Position numbers and translations under genes: made by a program. The notes beneath the pieces are model-generated. The model made no database searches and was not told where the DNA came from. It was given only the letters and a program-made list of their open reading frames with translations. A stretch of DNA of 63,088 nt, the filler included, from Parasitella parasitica NRRL 2501 (lineage: Eukaryota > Fungi > Mucoromycota), in NCBI GenBank assembly GCA_025201805.1. It is 5 parts of 5 records of this genome, joined end to end, with 100 filler letters (N's around TTAATTAATTAA, not from the genome) between each part and the next. Parts side by side here need not be neighbours in the genome. Positions count along the whole stretch, not along the records: positions 1 to 20,020 come from MU619464.1; positions 20,121 to 26,024 come from MU619260.1; positions 26,125 to 43,697 come from MU619341.1; 2 more parts are not named here. The stretch is one strand, 5' to 3'. This document shows positions 14,390 through 26,270 of the stretch, in pieces. How positions within the stretch are numbered: position 1 is the stretch's first letter; each line of letters opens with the position of its first letter.

Positions 14390-15612
14390 TCTTTGAAAAT
14401 TTAGATACATATTCACACCATATAAAATGTATACCCAGCTGTGTTGAAAATTGTTTCCTGTATTATTGTGAGAAATCTTTTTGTTATGGCTGAATCATCA
14501 TATACGAGGCCCTTTAAAAATTCATGCAACAAAAAATGAAATAAGAGAACATTAATCGAGTCGCTTGCCAGTAAAGGGTTATTTAGTGGAGATATCGTGA
14601 ACCAGTTTTTTTATAGAATACTAAATCTCGATATGAGTAATATGTACTTTTACTATAGCATTCATAAAAAGTAAATTTTAATTACTGCTACGTAAGTTTA
14701 TAAAGTAGACGTTTCCAAATAATTGATTAATTAACTTGTTGCATATGCCCTTGTATTTAATACACAGTAGTTACCAAAGCCAAATTCTAGTACGTTGTAG
14801 AATTGATCTTCACTCTGTTGGCCTTAAACTTAATCAGAATCTTTCTCAACAAACCATTAGAGCAAATGTATTTGTAAACCAATTCTCTTGTGAAAGACTT
14901 GCAGGCTAGAGGCTTTGAAGAAAAATCAAAATTTTCATTTTATGTTGTTTTTGGCAGAGTTAATGTATTTCCATATGAATAAACGACATTGAGTTAGCAT
15001 ATATCTATAAAATGATTATCTTAAAATTTTTCTAGACGACCAGCTACACAAATGGATCTTTTGTTGCCCGTTTGAGTAAATCACTTGCAGTGCGCAAAAA
15101 AAAACCGTACAAAAAGTTTACCATTGTTTCAAAAGCTTTTAAGCAAGTATGGAATTTATAAAACAAATTTTTTGCTTCATGACAACAGCAATATTAGCCA
15201 TAACTTCTGAAAAATAAATCGTAAATAGAGATCGATCCTGGAAAACATAGGGTTGACTAGGCGCTATTTGACGCATAAATTTATATCAACACGAGCTGTG
15301 CACCCCCCCCCCCGCTGTATCAAGATTATCTCATAGGTCTCCTATACAAGTTCCCACTCCTAGTATTGATATCGGAGGTAGATTGTGGGTAAGACTATTA
15401 ACACACCCCAAAAGTCTTAAATAGTAAACGCTACTATAGTATTACTTAATGCTCACCCTAGCATATGGCATTTTGTATGAATAAATCTGTAGGGTATCTA
15501 TCCGTAATAAAGTGTAATTACTTGGCGAAATGGATTTTATACTAACTTTTGACATAACTAAAAGCCCGGTTACCTCTAAACAAACATACCAACTAAAACA
15601 TCAAAACAATGC

Positions 15613-16379
15613 TGATTTATCAGAATGAAAAATTATTCAAATAAAACGGTTGTAAATTAATCAGGTAAAGATCACGTTTATTACATGAAAAAATGACGGT
15701 TTATATACTAGTGAATCTAAGTGGACTGATGGGAGGATAAGATACAAGCGTGAGACATGGTGTGATTTAGAGAATGGAACGATAGATTGTATCTATTGTC
15801 CATGAACATGTCATATTGAATTATAAATAAGAAACATGATCCATTGGGATATATGTTGTACCAGTGTCAAAGGGCGCAGCGTAATGTTATGTAAATATAA
15901 TTTGTATGAAGAAATAAGACTTTTCTGAATAAAACCAGATACAAAACTGAAGACTTTTATTGACATAAGATATGATCTCTATTTATACTAAAATATATCC
16001 CAATCAATGTTTATCCACATAACATCTGATGTTTGACAAGAAATGTCAAACCTTATTAAATCACAGCATCTCCAGGACAGACCTATCTTTCTATTTTACA
16101 TTAAAGAGAAGATTGGGTAAGATGTCTTCCCGACATCCTGCGATCTGATCTAGATGTATTCTTTGAATAAGCCTGGAACCTTGCAAGAGGTCCAATTACA
16201 ACTTGTAGCTTATTCCTTATTTGTAAAAGAATTACCAACAATTAATATCATGATCCGTGCATTATGACCAAGTTAGATATGACATATGTAGCCTTTATAT
16301 GGATACAACAATATTCCTGAATTGTGTACAGGATTGGGTTTACTTGAGTTTGACTTCCGGTTGGGAAATTGACACATCA
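15613..16379 (-). mobile_element. solo LTR of the family at 32674-32963, interrupted by a second LTR
   Basis: 15613-15853 plus 16311-16379 is the reverse complement of 32674-32963. TGAT...ATCA termini. Confidence 0.75.
15854..16310. mobile_element. nested solo LTR
   Basis: TGTTGTA...TACAACA inverted termini. The end sequences resemble those of the LTRs at 1-878 and 43622. Interrupts the LTR 15613-16379; TSD imperfect. Confidence 0.7.
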
Positions 16380-16624
16380 ATGATATATGCCTATTCAAAT
16401 TGGATTCTGGACAATACACAAAGCAGCTAATACTAAATCTAATTTTAAAAGCTAACCAGAGAAACTAAATATATTAAGTTTATGATAAAAAAAACTATTT
16501 TAATTATTATTTAAGGCTTCAGACACATACAATGTTTGATTCTTTGCTTATTTCTCATTTTATTAAGGATTACAAAAAGTCTTTGATGGTAAAAAATTCG
16601 GATATCATATTCCAAATTGTCGAA

Positions 16625-16990
16625 TCACATTCAAAGCTCAAAATAATCACGTGATTCATTTCAAACTCCGATATGAAAAACCGAAAAACGTTTATTTTTG
16701 GGATAACTTTTGATAGACACGTCGCTCAAGAGAAATCAAGTTATGCTCAAATAGCGATGATCATGCCTGATCTTATGGCACGTAAGACAGTGTTTATTTT
16801 GCTGTTTATCGAAGCCTATCATTGATTATATGCAATTCTGATATGTTAATTTGTGATATCATCTGATAATTTTATAGATATCTATGAAAACATGGATACC
16901 AATGTTGTTTCCAGATAAAGATGAGTCAACTCCAAGTTTTCCAAGTTAGATCTCGGTTTTACGGTCATTTTAGCAAAAGTTATGGCCGAA
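16625..16990. repeat. dispersed repeat, inverted relative to ~43798-44215
   Basis: For example GAAATCAAGTTATGCTCAAATAGCGATGAT (16732) versus ATCATCGCTATCTGAGCATAACTTGATTTC (~44114). Boundaries approximate. Confidence 0.65.
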
Positions 16991-16999
16991 TATCTGATA

Positions 17000-18745
17000 C
17001 ACTATGGCCTCCTGGATGTTCTCGGTGAACATAAATGTGCTCAAACGGGAACATTATTAGGGTCATGGGAGTATTTATGTGCTTGTGAGAACTTAAATAA
17101 TTTTGCCACAGAATGTGCGTTTATAAAAAAAAGTTGAGATAGCTCATTTTTAATGATATAATATTATTTCTGAGACATTTCGGTTTTTTTTGTGCTTGTA
17201 GTAACATTTGCTACCAAATATTTGTTGAGATATTGCATTCCAAAGATCGCATCTGTTTTGAGTAAAAGTTTATTTATGCTCGCATGATCATACAAAAAAT
17301 GTTCATCTGAAAGCAAAAAAAGTGACGAATAAATACCTATTTCTAACCAAAGTGTTGTTCAAGATGTTGAAGAAAACGCTGGTGGTAATAATGCTAGTAC
17401 CAGTAGCAATATACTTGAATAAAGTATATATTTTGTTTGTACATGTTTGCTTTCAAATGTTGAGATGACCTCTTGTAGCGGTGTTTTTCCATTGGCTTCT
17501 TTCTGCATGCTTAGCCCAAAACATTGCATATTGTGATGACCGAATGCATATTTTAGCTTCTTTATTAGCTCTCCTTGGCCTTTTTCTTTTGTTTTTACTA
17601 ACTTTACAACTTTATAAACTGGTATTTTAACTTAAAAAACAGACAATATTAGCACATTTTGTGCCAAATATAAGTACACTATACAGAGTACTAATATCTT
17701 CACGTATCTGTAGTTTCATCACAAAAAATTGTAGCTTCTTTTTGATTATAAAGGAAAAGCTTGCAGTATAGCTTGGAATAAAGAATTGATACGCAAACAT
17801 ATTTTTTGTGTATTGCTATCATCATGGTATGTATTCGAGTTTATTCTAACAAACTATTAATCCTTTTGTCAATAATATATAGAGGCTCTACTCAGTTCAA
17901 TCTTTCATATGAGAGCATGGTATTGCTATGTGCATTAAATTGTTTGTATCAACTAAATGACTGACTACTTTTACTGCTAAATATAAGCAATAATAGCTAA
18001 AGATGATACTATGTATGAATAAATTTTTTGCGTTACGTTGTTTGAGTGTCAATGTCAAGGTAGTATTGAATACTTTTTGGCTTGCTTCTTTTGCTTTACT
18101 AATATACACTAAAACTAGATCTCTTCTATTATTTAGGCATGCTACAGGTATAATTTTGTGCCCAGTATCTGAACATATACGATGAGAGGTTTGTTGCTCA
18201 TTTTTGCCCTGGATTCTAGAAGTTATGAAGCTTAACCTTGCTACTTTTTTTCAAGATGCTGCCTCCTTGCTTCTTTTTTCGAGTATTACATATGATCTAG
18301 TGTATCATCTCATTTCACAATTAATGTAGGTGGTTATTTTTTATTGTCGTCAACAAAATTTATTATACTCATGCACTTTTCTTGTATAAAGCAAATACCT
18401 TAGCGGCCGCTTCAATTTCAAATCGGGTAATAGCTAACCTTGCACTGTTTTCCATCATTGCCTGTGTGAACCAAAGGCTACATAATCGAGACAATATTGT
18501 ATGTAACGATATGAAATAAAAGCAATAATAAATTACTGGTCCATACTACAAAAATTGAGAAATAAACAAAATCTACAGCTACATTTTTATACGCAAATTT
18601 TACTTTTTTGAGCACATTTTTTTGAGTGTACGGGCACATTTTCGCTTCATGAGCAAATTTTTTCAAGCCTTTTGACCGTAATTTTAAGCCTATGTTACTA
18701 GTAATTTATGTGCTCATTTAAGCATAAAAGTGTGATCATTTAAGA
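17000..18745. mobile_element. degenerate TIR DNA transposon with CACTATG terminus (possibly CMC/EnSpm-like)
   Basis: Begins CACTATGGCCTC...GATGTTCTC. 17000-17320 recurs inverted at 61905-62225. 18460-18750 recurs inverted at 25730-26024, whose outer end is CACTATGACCTC...GATGTTCTC. Truncated by an LTR at 18746. Confidence 0.55.
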
Positions 18746-18925
18746 TGTTGGATCAAAAAGATAATGAAAAAAAACCAAAGGTTAACGAGATACGAAAACT
18801 TAAAGATACTTTATTTAGGATCGAAATTGCATCTGCTATTTATACTTTTTACAACTACATAAATTTATGGTGACTTATTTAGATTACTAATTGACAAGAC
18901 TAATTCACAGTGACAATCTACTTGA
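18746..18925 (-). mobile_element. LTR fragment; related copies at ~27235-27418 and ~44620-44762
   Basis: TGTTGGATC.../...ATCCAACA terminus. GTATAAATAGCAGATGCAATTT core shared by the three copies. Confidence 0.65.
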
Positions 18926-19744
18926 CAGTGCAATGGAATGGTATAACTAAAAGCAAGTATCTAAAAAAAAATTAAGACTCAAATGTCACGCATAGTCAAT
19001 TCGTGCCATTCGAGTTCGCATAACATATTAAGTCATATAAATCAAACCGAATTACAAATACAATTTAAGAAGACCTTATCAATGAATGTCGTGTGAAGAA
19101 AAACACTCCTGATCAAAGTGCTTTCCCTTACACAATAGATATTCAGAATAAGAATAATAATGACAAAGATATCAATTATGGCAGCTCGTCATTCAATGAG
19201 TTTTTCCCATCATTCTAGATAAAGATATCTTTAACAGAATAACTAAAGTATGACGATAGCCATCCTAACACGGCCAACCAATGTTACGCAAATCTCCATC
19301 AATGGTGAAAGCATTCAGCATCATTTGCTTCTCCTTAAAACCAAAAATTAAACAACAACAAATTAACGCATTGACTCTAGGATCAATGCTTCATTCATGA
19401 GAACTGATATACAACAATTCAAATCCTATAAATACTAAGATGTTTTTCTCTAGATAAAACCTCAGTATACTTTTATAATAAAGAACCCCAAACTTGATTA
19501 TAATTGTAATTTCATAACGCTTTTATTTTTACTTTTTTTTTTTATTTCGTAAATCTATCAAATTTACTGCAGACAGGGTACGATATGAGGTTATACAACA
19601 AGGGCTACACGTCTTTGATCTGACAGAGCCTTAACCTTTATCCTGGTGCTCAGATCTGTGTTACTTACAGGAATAACCTTCTTGATTTGAAACAGAGACT
19701 TTATTCTCCAATTTACACAAGCGTATCACATCACATCATTGGAC

Positions 19745-20010
19745 AATCTGATGTATATTTCAGATATTTCAATACAATAAAAAGAGACTTGTAATAATTC
19801 ACAGCTTTCAACTGTATCCGAACAATAAAAGAAGTATATCGTTTATTATGATATAAATACAGGGTATTTATATCTTCAATGATTTACTACAACTCAGATG
19901 GTAGCTGTAATAACCAATAGATTAATGTGATAGTATGTTGTCACTGTTGATGAACGAATAGAAAATACACCGTGTTATCGTTGTCAATTGGTTTGATATG
20001 TTTCATTGTT
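19745..20010. repeat. dispersed repeat, direct copy at ~26305-26578
   Basis: Near-identical text (GATGTATATTTC...GATATGTTTCATTGTT) at both places. Confidence 0.8.
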
Positions 20011-20064
20011 GAGATTGATCNNNNNNNNNNNNNNNNNNNNNNNNNNNNNNNNNNNNNNNNNNNN

Positions 20065-20076
20065 TTAATTAATTAA
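20065..20076. other. artificial scaffolding linker TTAATTAATTAA between N runs (also 26069-26080, 43742-43753, 61849-61860)
   Basis: The identical stop-rich 12-mer is centred in N runs four times. Confidence 0.95.
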
Positions 20077-20139
20077 NNNNNNNNNNNNNNNNNNNNNNNN
20101 NNNNNNNNNNNNNNNNNNNNAAAAAAAAAAAAAAAAAAA

Positions 20140-22038
20140 AAATTGAATTATATATTATCACATAGCAGCATTGAAAGATATAGGGAAGAAAGGGATTCAA
20201 ATTTATTATTACTATATATATGAAAAATAAAGCGTGGCTCTGAGAGCATTTACCACATTTCCAGCCTTCGCTTCGGCAACATTTTGATTCCCAACTTTGA
20301 ATTGGCAACCAGTGGTGGTCTGATTGTAAGTTTTACTTTTGGTTTTAAAATTTACATGTTATATTTATTTTTTTTCTTTTCATTCTAGGTAAATATATTT
20401 TTTCCAAACATGTACAAATATAACATAGCAAACCATATTCCTTCAAGTCATCATGTTCCTCGCCCAAAACACGAAATGTTTTATAATCAAATTTTATCCA
20501 AAGCTGTGCAGTCATGCTTGACGGAACCTTTTTCCACTATACCCAGCCAGCTAAAAACTGCTACTCCTGGAAAAGGCAAGACTTTTCATTATTCATCTTT
20601 GAATAACTTGATATCCGAAATGCGGTCGATTATTGATTCATCTGAAGCTCTTTCAATTTTTGATGACTTTTTCTTGGTTACTTGGGGTCTGGGGCTTAAG
20701 GCGAAATTTATTGACTCTTCACCAGAAGGTTATAAAACGGCTCTTACTGTATATAACTTAGATTGGTCTAAAATTGCGGAAAACAGCTCCTACTTGGATC
20801 TTGGATTTTCCTTTTTTCCAAGTGGTATTCCAGACAACGAGAAATTAACTGGTTTTTTTACTCACTACCATAAAATGATCGACACTGTATATAGCAACTA
20901 ACGATGGTAATCGATTGGACGGAGGTAATCAAAACAGTTCTTAAATTTTATTATTATTGTATTAATATTTCTATAATAGCTACCATTCGTTATGATCCTT
21001 TTATATTTAACACAAATCTTGGTGGTTTTAAATACAAAAAACAAGATCATGACATTCTTTTAATGCAAGCATACTCTTTATCGAAAGAAGATCTATACCA
21101 GCGTGGCTCAGCAGATCGCCATGGTAAAGATTTTGAACCAAATGAAATTATTAGCAAGTCAAAGGGTCTTTCAAAATTTGTGGTAAAACAATTTTCATTA
21201 TAAATGTTTGCAGTATTTTAACTTTTTTTATTTTATATATAGGAGGAGAGGCTTCCTTTAGTTCTTGAAGGCATGAAAAATAAGTCCTATCCAGCAAGAA
21301 TCGAATACCGTTTTCTCGCTCAAAACTTTGCTCATTTAGCTCCTATTTTGGAAGCCCACTTGATGTAAGTAGTAAAAATTTAGGAACTTTCTATACATGG
21401 TCTAATTTTTTTTTTTTTTTTTTTTTTATAGCAATGGCGATTTTGCATCTTGCACTAGTTGGCAATCTTCGCATATGTTATGGTTATATGCTGACAAATT
21501 CATGGATTCTATTTGGTCCTTAACCAAATACTCTGTAAATATGGCTGGTGAATTGTTTGTGGATCGAAAACTTTCTTTGATAGCAGTACTTGCTTTCCTA
21601 TTGAGTGGAATATTTCACAGACCTCTAGGCAAGTCTTGGTGGCGTCAAGTACATAAAATAATAGAAGAACATCGCAGGCCGAATTCAAATATATTGTTTT
21701 TTCAAGATTTCTTGGCCCTCGATACTAATAGTAATAGCTGGTCTATTACTAATACATTCAACATTTCAACAATTCGAGCAATATACCATCCAACATTAGA
21801 AAATACCCAAATAGAAATTACAACAGATATAGACGAGCAAAATCAACAAGAAGGCTTAATACCATCATTTATATATACCAACCGCTCACCAGGATATCAT
21901 ATACAACTTGACATCCCCGACAATTGTAAATTTGTAAATACAACTGATTTGATTTATCAGAAAAGTTCAAATAGAAAATTAATCAGTAAAGACCCGTTTA
22001 TTACATTCAAAAATAGAGGATTTATATACTTTCTATGA
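20140..22038 (+). CDS. uncharacterised intron-containing gene (5' end lost in gap), probably TE-associated
   Basis: Open exons joined by GT-AG introns: IPNFELATSGGLI|VNIFFPNMY, WGLGLKAKF, YLDLGFSF, LMQAYSLSKE, PARIEYRF. No family recognised. Confidence 0.55.
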
Positions 22039-22496
22039 ACTGAGGGAAGCGATGTGAAGATAAATGTTTTAGTAATGAGAGATCCGGGAGATAGGGTAGA
22101 TTGTATCTATCCCAAATGTCATGTCATATTATTTTATGATCTGATGTTTTACTCTTCAGTATGAGTTTATATTATATTGACATCCGGTTTTAAAATTGAT
22201 ACATCATTACCCCACAACAGCTTGTCGACTACGGGTAGAAAGCGATAACCATAAGTAGATGCACCTCTTGAACAGTGCAAGTGATGTTGAGATGATAAAC
22301 CGTGAAAAAAAGAAAAAAAAGAAAGAAAATATTGAATATCCTGATGAGTTGAGATGTTGTTGTAATTCTTGAATGGTGTTGCAATAGTATCGAATAAATC
22401 GCCAGTAAAAACATCTGTATATTCAAAAAACCAAGTTGGAAAAATACGAATATAGTTTGCAAGGGAAAAGGCAGAATTAAGCTTGCTATAATGAAG

Positions 22497-24180
22497 TTAA
22501 GGTGGAGTTGTTGTTGGTCTTCGATTGCTGATCAAACGTGCGTGTCGTTTTGAAGATCTTTCTTCACGTGTTGCAACCTTCCTTTTGTTGAGAGATTTTG
22601 GTGCTCTCTTTCCTTTATTACTGGAGTCTTTCTCAGATGCTCCAAGTCGAGACCAATACAACTTAATAGACTCTTTTGAGTCAAAGTTGGATGGAACCTC
22701 CCATGTATCCCAACTTTCCAACGAATTGAAAGGAATGTATTGGTTTCAGAATATAGCTACCATTCTTTGTGTAGCCATGAGTATAGAAGATACCTTCATA
22801 CTTAGGATCTGTCTTACTATTGTTGCTCTCTGCATTTTTTATCATAACCGATGCACCTACAGGGAAGGGCTTTTCTAGTATCTTATGTCTTTTAATACAA
22901 CATTCATTATCAGCTTTCTGTGTTCGAACAATTTGTTCTTGAATAGCTGGTACGAGGATTTTATCAACTCGCTTAATTTTATCTTTCAATGCTTTGACAT
23001 CTAATTCTTGTTCTGGTAAATATACCTTTTCTTTTGAGTAATCCTTTAACTCATTTGAAAGTCTTGCAAACATGACTACAAATGGTTTCATTTCATGTAA
23101 TCTCGATTTATGCAATTACAGGCTATAAGCTGTGCCATCGAGATATAAATCCCAATTTTCGGCACAACCATCTAACATTTTGATGATGATCGCTTTGGCA
23201 GATTTCACTGCTGCTTCACAAGCTGAATTACCATATGGTGTATATGGCAATAATAGACGCTGTTCAATTTGAGCATTCGCTGCTATACTTTCTAATAATT
23301 GAGAGGAAAACTCCTTTCCATTATCATGCGAAATAATAGCTGGATATCCAAATAAACTAAATATCGACACTAGTTCTTTTGCAACTGTAGATGCAGTTTT
23401 GTTGGGTAATGGTCGTAATACAATAAATCGCAAAAAGAGATCCATCGCTACTAATATAAAGTTATTGCCTCTAGGTGTAGTTACATCAAATGTTCCTAGA
23501 TCAAATACCCAATGATCACCTATTGATTTTGCAGTGTGATTCTTTGGTGGATGGAATACATGTTTTCCCAGATTGAATACTCTGCATTTACTGCAATTCT
23601 TTACATACTGCTCGATGTCTTTTCTTAGACCCTTCCAATGCATTTGGTATTCCTCATTTATAACTTGTTCCATTGCTGTAATACCATAATGTCCTAGCAA
23701 ATGTGATTTTTCTAACAGTTCTTTCTTTTGCTCCTCATTTTTAGGTGTTTCGTATATGTCTAAATGGGATGCATAAATAAAAAAATCCTTTTCTTTGTTG
23801 CTTTCATCGGGATCATTATGATTTTCTTTAATCTCCTGTTTACTTGCACCTGTGTGCTCTGTGCTATTTTGAGTAGTAATTTCAGAAGTGATATTATTCT
23901 CTTTACTGGCTTCATTCAACCTTTGCCTCTTAGCATTGTCATTGTCTGTCTTCTGATCAGCTGGTTTAACTGCATCAATTGATCGTTTTATAACTGTAGC
24001 TCTTCTAGCGAGAGAACTACACCCTTCCAGCTTCTTTGTATCAGGGACAAAGATGCGAGAAAGACAATCAGCTAGAATATTAGCAATACCACTTGTGGAT
24101 GTAATGTCAAAATCGAATTCAAAATAATCTCATAAAAGTTTTCAACCATTCGAGACAGTTTGGCTCCGTTTACAAGGTTG
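22497..24180 (-). mobile_element. Ty3/gypsy (chromovirus) pol remnant: RNase H tail, HHCC zinc finger, integrase core, partial chromodomain
   Basis: NILADCLSR, HLLGHYG...CSKC, WVFDLG, LVAMDLF, SHDNGKEF, DTWEVPSNF. Stops and deletions present. Confidence 0.9.
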
Positions 24181-24514
24181 GGGTCTCATCCGACTAGTTT
24201 TTAGCTCTCCGAAACCAAAATAACAACGCATTAATTTGAACTATCGATTATGGTAGGCAAATGCATCATATGTAACCAGCTTTCGAGAGCTATTGTGATA
24301 TAATGGTCTTATTATTTTAATATATACACTTAAAAAGATTTTTAGCTGTAAAATTTATTTTGATCTGATCTATGTAAAGTCATTCCACAACTTTTAATTC
24401 ATCCAGGTACGCACAGTTTATTTGCTGATTATAGTGTATTTATTCTAAGATATTATAACCATATCCACTAAAAAGTTAATTTGGTATCTCAGCATTGTTG
24501 AAGAATTTACATTT

Positions 24515-25597
24515 TTAACGGTTTTGCTTTCCAGGACAAATGTAAATGCTGTTTGGGTCACGCTGCTCGCAAGTGAAGCATCGTTTCCCTCCTATTTTTC
24601 TCTTTTTGATGGTTATAGTTGACGGATACAAAGATATATGTGGTATAATAGGTTTTGGAGCCAATGTTGGACTACCTGGTGGTCTTTTGGTTGGTATATT
24701 GGATCTTGATGAATGAGGAAATATATTCCTCAAACTAGACAAAGGAACAGCAGAGTTTATAACCACATCAGGTCGATTTTCAGGATTGACAGCATTTTTT
24801 GTGGCAGCCAGCTTGGCATTTTTCGATATTTTGGTGGTGTTGACATAGATATCATTATTTTGTGATTTGTTGAAGAAAGATTCGAGTAACTCGGGAATCT
24901 TATAAAAGTCAACTGGTATTTTGCCATCAGAAAGTGCTTGGTTTTGGATGTTTGTGCTTCGACACCATTCCTTTGCCATTTTTACAAAATCAGGTTTTGC
25001 TCTATATATATTATTTACTGATTTTAGTTGAGTGTATAGTGCCCAGAACTTGTCTTGTTTATTTTTGGTATGAATGGGTATAACCAGGTATTGGGTATTT
25101 TGCATGTACGCTAGATATTGATACGTAGACATTTTCTGTCTACGAACAGATCGTAGATACCATCGATAGTGCACACATCTGTAAAACATCTTGAATCGTT
25201 TTAGAGATAAATGGTATAGAGTCTGCGTCAACAGAATCTTGTGAGATCATTTCCAAATGATGCTTGGTAAAATCAGGGACAGGGCAAATACCAAAAGTCT
25301 CTCCAACAGGAAAGAAATGTATACTATTACCATCAGGGTCATAGTATGAGCCTTTTACAGTCATACCTAGCTCACTTTTTAAATGATTAATTCCATGGAC
25401 CAGCCAGGGGTTATAATGGGCGCGCCCGTATAACGCTTCTCCAAGGCTTGCTGATTGTCTACTGACTGATTATCGTCTTAGACATAATACCGATGTGAGT
25501 AACATATATATTGATGCATGTTCTATTTTAATGAATTCTAAAACTATTAATCAATAGGTTGGATCTCTTAATCGTTATAATGTGGTTCACAAGACCC
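24515..25597 (-). pseudogene. 3' remnant of a fungal putative-transposase gene, with an internal inversion
   Basis: HYNPWL, YQYLAYMQNTQYLVIPIHT, PDFVKMAKEW, FYKIPELL and a terminal CxxC...C. Frameshifted. The upstream motif NASPRLADCLLTDYRLRHN lies on the opposite strand. The family (possibly DUF6729-associated) is recalled, not verified. Confidence 0.5.
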
Positions 25598-25601
25598 GCG
25601 C

Positions 25602-26024
25602 CACTATGACCTCGCCGATGTTCTCATGAGAATATATATGTGCATGAACGGGAACAGTTTTTAGAGCCAAAAAAAGTGCTTATCGAGCTAGGTTAAGGCG
25701 ATAAATGTGCTCATGCGAGAGCAAAAATTGAAACATCTTAAATGATCACATTTTTATGCTTAAATGAGCACATAAATTAGTAGTTTCATAGGCTTAAAAT
25801 TACGCTCAAAAGGCTTGAAAAAATGTGCTCATGAAGCGAAAATGTGCCCGTACACTCAAGAAAATGTGCTCAAAAAAGTAAAATTTGCGTATAAAAATGT
25901 AGCTGTAGGTTTTGTTTATTTCTCAATTTTTGTAGTATGGACCAGTAATTTATTATTGCTTTCATTTCATATCGTTATATACAATATTGTCTTGATTATG
26001 TAGCCTTTGGTTCACACAGGCAAT
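25602..26024. mobile_element. terminal fragment of the CACTATG-ended DNA transposon
   Basis: CACTATGACCTC terminus. 25730-26024 matches 18460-18750 inverted. Runs into a gap. Confidence 0.55.
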
Positions 26025-26123
26025 NNNNNNNNNNNNNNNNNNNNNNNNNNNNNNNNNNNNNNNNNNNNTTAATTAATTAANNNNNNNNNNNNNNNNNNNN
26101 NNNNNNNNNNNNNNNNNNNNNNN

Positions 26124-26270
26124 NTTTGGGGTTCATGCTCTGCTCCTTAATTGAAATAAGTGCTTCACTGCAATAAAGAGCTGTATTCGCAGTGGTAAAT
26201 TCAAGCTCAGAAATATGTTTCCATTGCAACTTGCGCATATCCCTAATTTTCATTGCTTGATATCTCAAAA
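26124..26270. repeat. inverted near-perfect copy of ~27515-27663
   Basis: TTTGGGGTTCATGCTCTGCTCC... is the reverse complement of ...GGAGCAGAGCATGAACCCCAAA. Confidence 0.8.

Noticed and set aside
20065-20076. Recurrent TTAATTAATTAA palindrome
   Set aside because: Always centred in N runs, so it is an assembly linker and not biological.
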